A stretch of 31,954 nucleotides of DNA from a virus. Taxonomy: Duplodnaviria > Caudoviricetes. The notes under the pieces are model-generated. The model made no database searches. It was not told where the DNA came from and was given only the letters and a program-made list of their open reading frames with translations. The stretch lies in the IMG/VR virus record IMGVR_UViG_3300008116_000655, positions 1 through 31,954 of that record, one strand, 5' to 3'. The position numbers were made by a program, and so were the translations under genes. Shown piece by piece: positions 29,042 through 31,954 of the stretch (positions are counted from its first letter, which is position 1; every line of letters begins with the position of its first letter).

Positions 29042-29496
29042 GGTTAGAGATGCAAATCGAGCTACAGGAAAAAAGATTCCACGAATCTGTTGCACCTTGC
29101 AAAGATTTCGTGGCACATCCACACATGGTTGATTATGAAGTTCACGATATGAATGGGAACTTCCTACGGATGGAACACGGCGGTTGTTATGTCTGCCGAT
29201 GTTCTTCTGTTGCTGAAAGTGATGGAAGCAATGAACTTGCTCTTGCTCTCGAAGATGCTGGCATCAAATGCCAAGTCGAACAGACTGGTGGGTTCTGCAT
29301 GGTGGTCTATGTCTACTCAGAAGATATGAAGAAGGCATTGACCCTGACCACCGATGCCATTGGGTTCGAACCCGATGTCGAGGAAGGCATAGAGGAATGG
29401 GTTGACCTGACTCCAACTGAGGTTGCAGAAGGAAAGACTGCAATCGAAACGCTAGTCGAAACAACCAAGGCAAACCTTTGGAGGATTGGAAAATGA
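29038..29496 (+). CDS. Early hypothetical protein
   Basis: GTGA overlap; VEQTGGFCMV motif. Confidence 0.7.
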   Translation: MRLEMQIELQEKRFHESVAPCKDFVAHPHMVDYEVHDMNGNFLRMEHGGCYVCRCSSVAESDGSNELALALEDAGIKCQVEQTGGFCMVVYVYSEDMKKALTLTTDAIGFEPDVEEGIEEWVDLTPTEVAEGKTAIETLVETTKANLWRIGK

Positions 29497-29801
29497 AAAC
29501 TGGAATGACTTACATCTGCTCAACTTGTTGGGCAGAAGCATCAACGAATGCTGATTATGAAAAGCACATGGACATCTGCCAACCCGACAGAGTTCGAATG
29601 ACTGACCGCAAGAACATCAAGGTCGGCGACCAATGGTTCGACATGATGTTCTTCTCAGATGGTTCGATTCAAAGAACTTGCATCTCTTATGTGATGAAGG
29701 ATGGGAAGAGAGTGGCGATTCCAGATTGCCAAGCAAGGGTCTCTGATTGGGAAGCGAAGTGGCACTACTGCAAGAACTGCGATTGGAATCAAGCATCGTA
29801 A
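29493..29801 (+). CDS. Early protein with Cys/His zinc-finger-like motifs
   Basis: ATGA overlap; CSTC..H..C and C...CKNC. Confidence 0.7.
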   Translation: MKTGMTYICSTCWAEASTNADYEKHMDICQPDRVRMTDRKNIKVGDQWFDMMFFSDGSIQRTCISYVMKDGKRVAIPDCQARVSDWEAKWHYCKNCDWNQAS

Positions 29802-29865
29802 GTCGAAACCTCCCTTCGGGGAGGTCATGGGGAACTGGTCAACCCCATCTGATGAGACAGACCAC
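29802..29865 (+). ncRNA. Type II hammerhead ribozyme 2
   Basis: GTC-GAAA-CCTCCC-TTCG-GGGAGG-TC^-ATGGGG..CCCCAT-CTGATGA-GAC; loop TGGTC pairs with the downstream GACCA; predicted cleavage after C29826. Confidence 0.92.
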
Positions 29866-29883
29866 TAGAGAAAAGGAACAGAT

Positions 29884-30036
29884 ATGAAACTAACGAAGAG
29901 AGGAAAGCGAGTTCGTGCAGTAGCAATACTTCTCGGGATCATCGCTATCTATTATGTAATGACCCACATTTGGTGGGTTGGAGACCACTACTGCTGGGGC
30001 AGTATGGTCGAGTGCTACTTCGAGGAGGGAAAGTAA
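29884..30036 (+). CDS. Small membrane protein (50 aa, not in the ORF track)
   Basis: MKLTKRGKRVRAVAILLGIIAIYYVMTHIWWVGDHYCWGSMVECYFEEGK; strong RBS; TAATG coupling. Confidence 0.75.
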   Translation: MKLTKRGKRVRAVAILLGIIAIYYVMTHIWWVGDHYCWGSMVECYFEEGK

Positions 30037-30308
30037 TGAACAAAGCTGAAACTTTCCTCGATATGAACTACAAAGAATGGGAAGCAAAGTACAAACCAAT
30101 CGCCAGCGAAGATGGCTCTTGGTTCCATGACGATGCTGAGAAGTTGAAGACCTTCGATCCTAAACAGATTTGGACTTGGGTCTCTGAGGGAGATAGCGAT
30201 TGGATTTACAACGGATATCGCTGGATAAACAGACTCTCTTACCTAGTGACTGAAGTTGCTTGGCAAGAAGGCGAAGACATCTGTGTCGTAGTAAGGGAGA
30301 CCAAGTAA
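30036..30308 (+). CDS. Early hypothetical protein (start MNKAET)
   Basis: WEAKYKPI...IWTWV...GYRWINRLSYLVTE; coupled start. Confidence 0.75.
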   Translation: MNKAETFLDMNYKEWEAKYKPIASEDGSWFHDDAEKLKTFDPKQIWTWVSEGDSDWIYNGYRWINRLSYLVTEVAWQEGEDICVVVRETK

Positions 30309-30451
30309 TGACTGACCTAAACAATGAAGTGAAGGAACTTCACAAGTTGATTGGCGATTCATATTGTCGCTATGAGTTATCAGAAGATGCTTACAACCAT
30401 TGGTTGAAGTTGGCAGGAATACAGATACAGGAGGTATCAAGTAATGCCTAA
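30308..30451 (+). CDS. Small hypothetical protein (47 aa)
   Basis: TAATG coupling, RBS AAGGGAG. Confidence 0.6.
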   Translation: MTDLNNEVKELHKLIGDSYCRYELSEDAYNHWLKLAGIQIQEVSSNA

Positions 30452-30617
30452 GTTCAAAGTGAAGTATGTGTATGAACGCTGGTATGACCTCGAGCTGGAG
30501 GCTTCGAGTCGAGAGGAAGCACTCGATAAGTTCCATGCCGGTGATTTCGAAATCGAATCAAGGCTTGTCGGCGGCGAACTTCAAGATTCGGTGGTCATTG
30601 AGGAGGTCTTGGCATGA
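30444..30617 (+). CDS. Small hypothetical protein (57 aa, DpnD/PcfM-like pattern)
   Basis: MPKFKVKYVYERWYDLELEASSREEALDKF...; RBS AGGAGG. Confidence 0.65.
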   Translation: MPKFKVKYVYERWYDLELEASSREEALDKFHAGDFEIESRLVGGELQDSVVIEEVLA

Positions 30618-30775
30618 ACATTTATGACGAGAACAACAACTGCATCGAATGCATGGAGTACTTCTACGATCCGCATCAACCTGATTGCAAGTACTCAGAT
30701 GTCTGTGGCATCTGCGATTGCAAATGGGAATCATTCAGCAAGTCACTTGCCATCCATTGGAAGGTGAACAAATGA
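30614..30775 (+). CDS. Small Cys-rich protein (53 aa)
   Basis: MNIYDENNNCIECMEYFYDPHQPDCKYSDVCGICDC...; ATGA overlaps at both ends. Confidence 0.6.
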   Translation: MNIYDENNNCIECMEYFYDPHQPDCKYSDVCGICDCKWESFSKSLAIHWKVNK

Positions 30776-30987
30776 ACCACGGAAAACGACTTGAGAGAAT
30801 AGCCAAAGCCCAAGCCAAGGCTTTGATTGGAACTCTTACCTTGTTAGATGATGAAGGTCTAGGTGATAGCGACCTTTCTGCATTGCGAGGTTCACTTCGA
30901 TCATGGATTGAACACATAACTCCTATCAGGGAAAGTAAATGGGATAGAAAAGTCCACGATGATACAGACTGCGAGGTAGAAGAATGA
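30772..30987 (+). CDS. Early hypothetical protein (start MNHGKR)
   Basis: RBS AAGGTG, ATGA coupling. Confidence 0.65.
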   Translation: MNHGKRLERIAKAQAKALIGTLTLLDDEGLGDSDLSALRGSLRSWIEHITPIRESKWDRKVHDDTDCEVEE

Positions 30988-31301
30988 CTGAAAAGCTACA
31001 GAGAATCATCGTGTCCATCTATTCAAGCGATAACAATCTCCTTCTTGGAGACCTATCTCGCCGACTCGATGGGTTGGAATGGTGGATTACTGACCGCCAA
31101 TCCATCGAACTTGGTGAAAAGTACACATTCAATGCGGTATTCGAAACCAACAGACCGCTAACACAGAAAGAGTTCGATGACATCGAGAACACATTGCGAT
31201 TGCAACTCGATGAACCTTGGGTCGAACAAGGTGATGGACAATGGGATGATGCCGAGTTCGATCTATCGGTGATCACCTGTGAGATGAAGCAGGAGGGTTG
31301 A
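30984..31301 (+). CDS. Early hypothetical protein
   Basis: 105 aa, ATGA coupling. Confidence 0.7.
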   Translation: MTEKLQRIIVSIYSSDNNLLLGDLSRRLDGLEWWITDRQSIELGEKYTFNAVFETNRPLTQKEFDDIENTLRLQLDEPWVEQGDGQWDDAEFDLSVITCEMKQEG

Positions 31302-31429
31302 TGGGGTATGTACTCTTCTTCCTTTCCTTCTTCACCTTCCCACTTGGTATGAGTGAAGACTCACCCATACTGATGACGATTCCCTTCCTTGTATGGACAG
31401 GGGCAATCCTCTTTGGAGGAGAAAGGTAA
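31301..31429 (+). CDS. Small two-TM membrane protein (42 aa)
   Basis: MGYVLFFLSFFTFPLGMSEDSPILMTIPFLVWTGAILFGGER; RBS AGGAGG. Confidence 0.6.
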   Translation: MGYVLFFLSFFTFPLGMSEDSPILMTIPFLVWTGAILFGGER

Positions 31430-31432
31430 ACA

Positions 31433-31843
31433 ATGCACCGACTTATCATCGGTGGTCTCTTGTTGGGGGCGGTACTCATATCGCCCCCACTCAAGACCAT
31501 TGAAACCAAAGCTGAAACAAACCTCGTGGTTCAAGACATTCCAGTCGTGATTCACTACGAGGATATGACCTTCGATCATCTGCCACCGGCATGGCAGAAG
31601 CTGGCTATGTGTGAGAGTAGCGGCAGATCGAACGCAGTAGCAGGAACAAAGAAGCAGTTCCAAGGCTACTTCCAAATCGAATATCCCCGGACTTGGGTTG
31701 CTCACGGCGGCGATAGCGGCACACCACCCAAGAAGGCAACCCTGATGGAGCAGTTCCATGTGGCACTACACATCTATGCTGACCGAGGATCGAAGCCGTG
31801 GCCATACTGTGGCAAGTTCCTGAAGGCGGAATACGGCAAATAG
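31433..31843 (+). CDS. rpf: Resuscitation-promoting-factor-like lytic transglycosylase with signal peptide
   Basis: WQKLAMCESSG (catalytic Glu), GYFQI...TW...GG, A...EQ...A, PWPYCG, matching the Rpf domain. Confidence 0.85.
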   Translation: MHRLIIGGLLLGAVLISPPLKTIETKAETNLVVQDIPVVIHYEDMTFDHLPPAWQKLAMCESSGRSNAVAGTKKQFQGYFQIEYPRTWVAHGGDSGTPPKKATLMEQFHVALHIYADRGSKPWPYCGKFLKAEYGK

Positions 31844-31856
31844 TGGTACGATAAAT

Positions 31857-31914
31857 GTAGTGGATCTGATCCTCCACTCTAGGGAAAGGCCCCCTCTTCG
31901 GAGGGGGTTCTTTC
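31857..31914 (+). ncRNA. Putative antisense small RNA complementary to the three early RBS leaders
   Basis: Extended -10 TGgTACGAT (31844-31852), hairpin AGTGGA-TCTGATCC-TCCACT, then a terminator; reverse complement of 31865-31883 = CCTAGAGTGGAGGATCAGA. Confidence 0.55.
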
Positions 31915-31918
31915 ATTT
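31884..31918 (+). terminator. Rho-independent terminator ending the early operon / sRNA
   Basis: GGCCCCCTC-TTCG-GAGGGGGTT followed by CTTTCATTT. Confidence 0.8.
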
Positions 31919-31954
31919 ACGGAAGTTATCTGTAGAGTAGAAGCCAGTAGCTTT

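Noticed and set aside
31370-31380. CTGATGA hammerhead core-like word
   Set aside because: It lies inside a small membrane ORF, with no matching GAAA/stem architecture

Overview
The window is a large part of a tailed dsDNA phage genome, most likely a podovirus-like phage of freshwater Actinobacteria. The host inference rests on an Rpf-type transglycosylase, a proteasome-beta/HslV-like Ntn protease and GACAC and DnaA boxes. Bases ~264-27219 form one minus-strand late operon: terminase, portal, large internal virion proteins, scaffold, major capsid, small Lys-rich proteins, adaptor, tail-fibre cassette, nozzle, methyltransferase, endolysin and holin. A ~800-bp non-coding control/terminus region follows, then a plus-strand early operon of small ORFs ending in an Rpf-like gene. 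The most notable signal is an RNA-level control module in the early operon. Two complete type II hammerhead ribozymes with covarying pseudoknots each start at a stop codon and run into a conserved CTAGAG-AAA-(A)GG..CAGA ribosome-binding leader, which is also present before the first early gene. A predicted ~55-nt small RNA at the end of the operon (extended -10, hairpin, terminator) is complementary to exactly these three leaders. Two late genes (terminase and a LysM virion protein) are broken by frameshifts, which may be assembly artefacts. All calls come from reading the sequence; no database searches were run.
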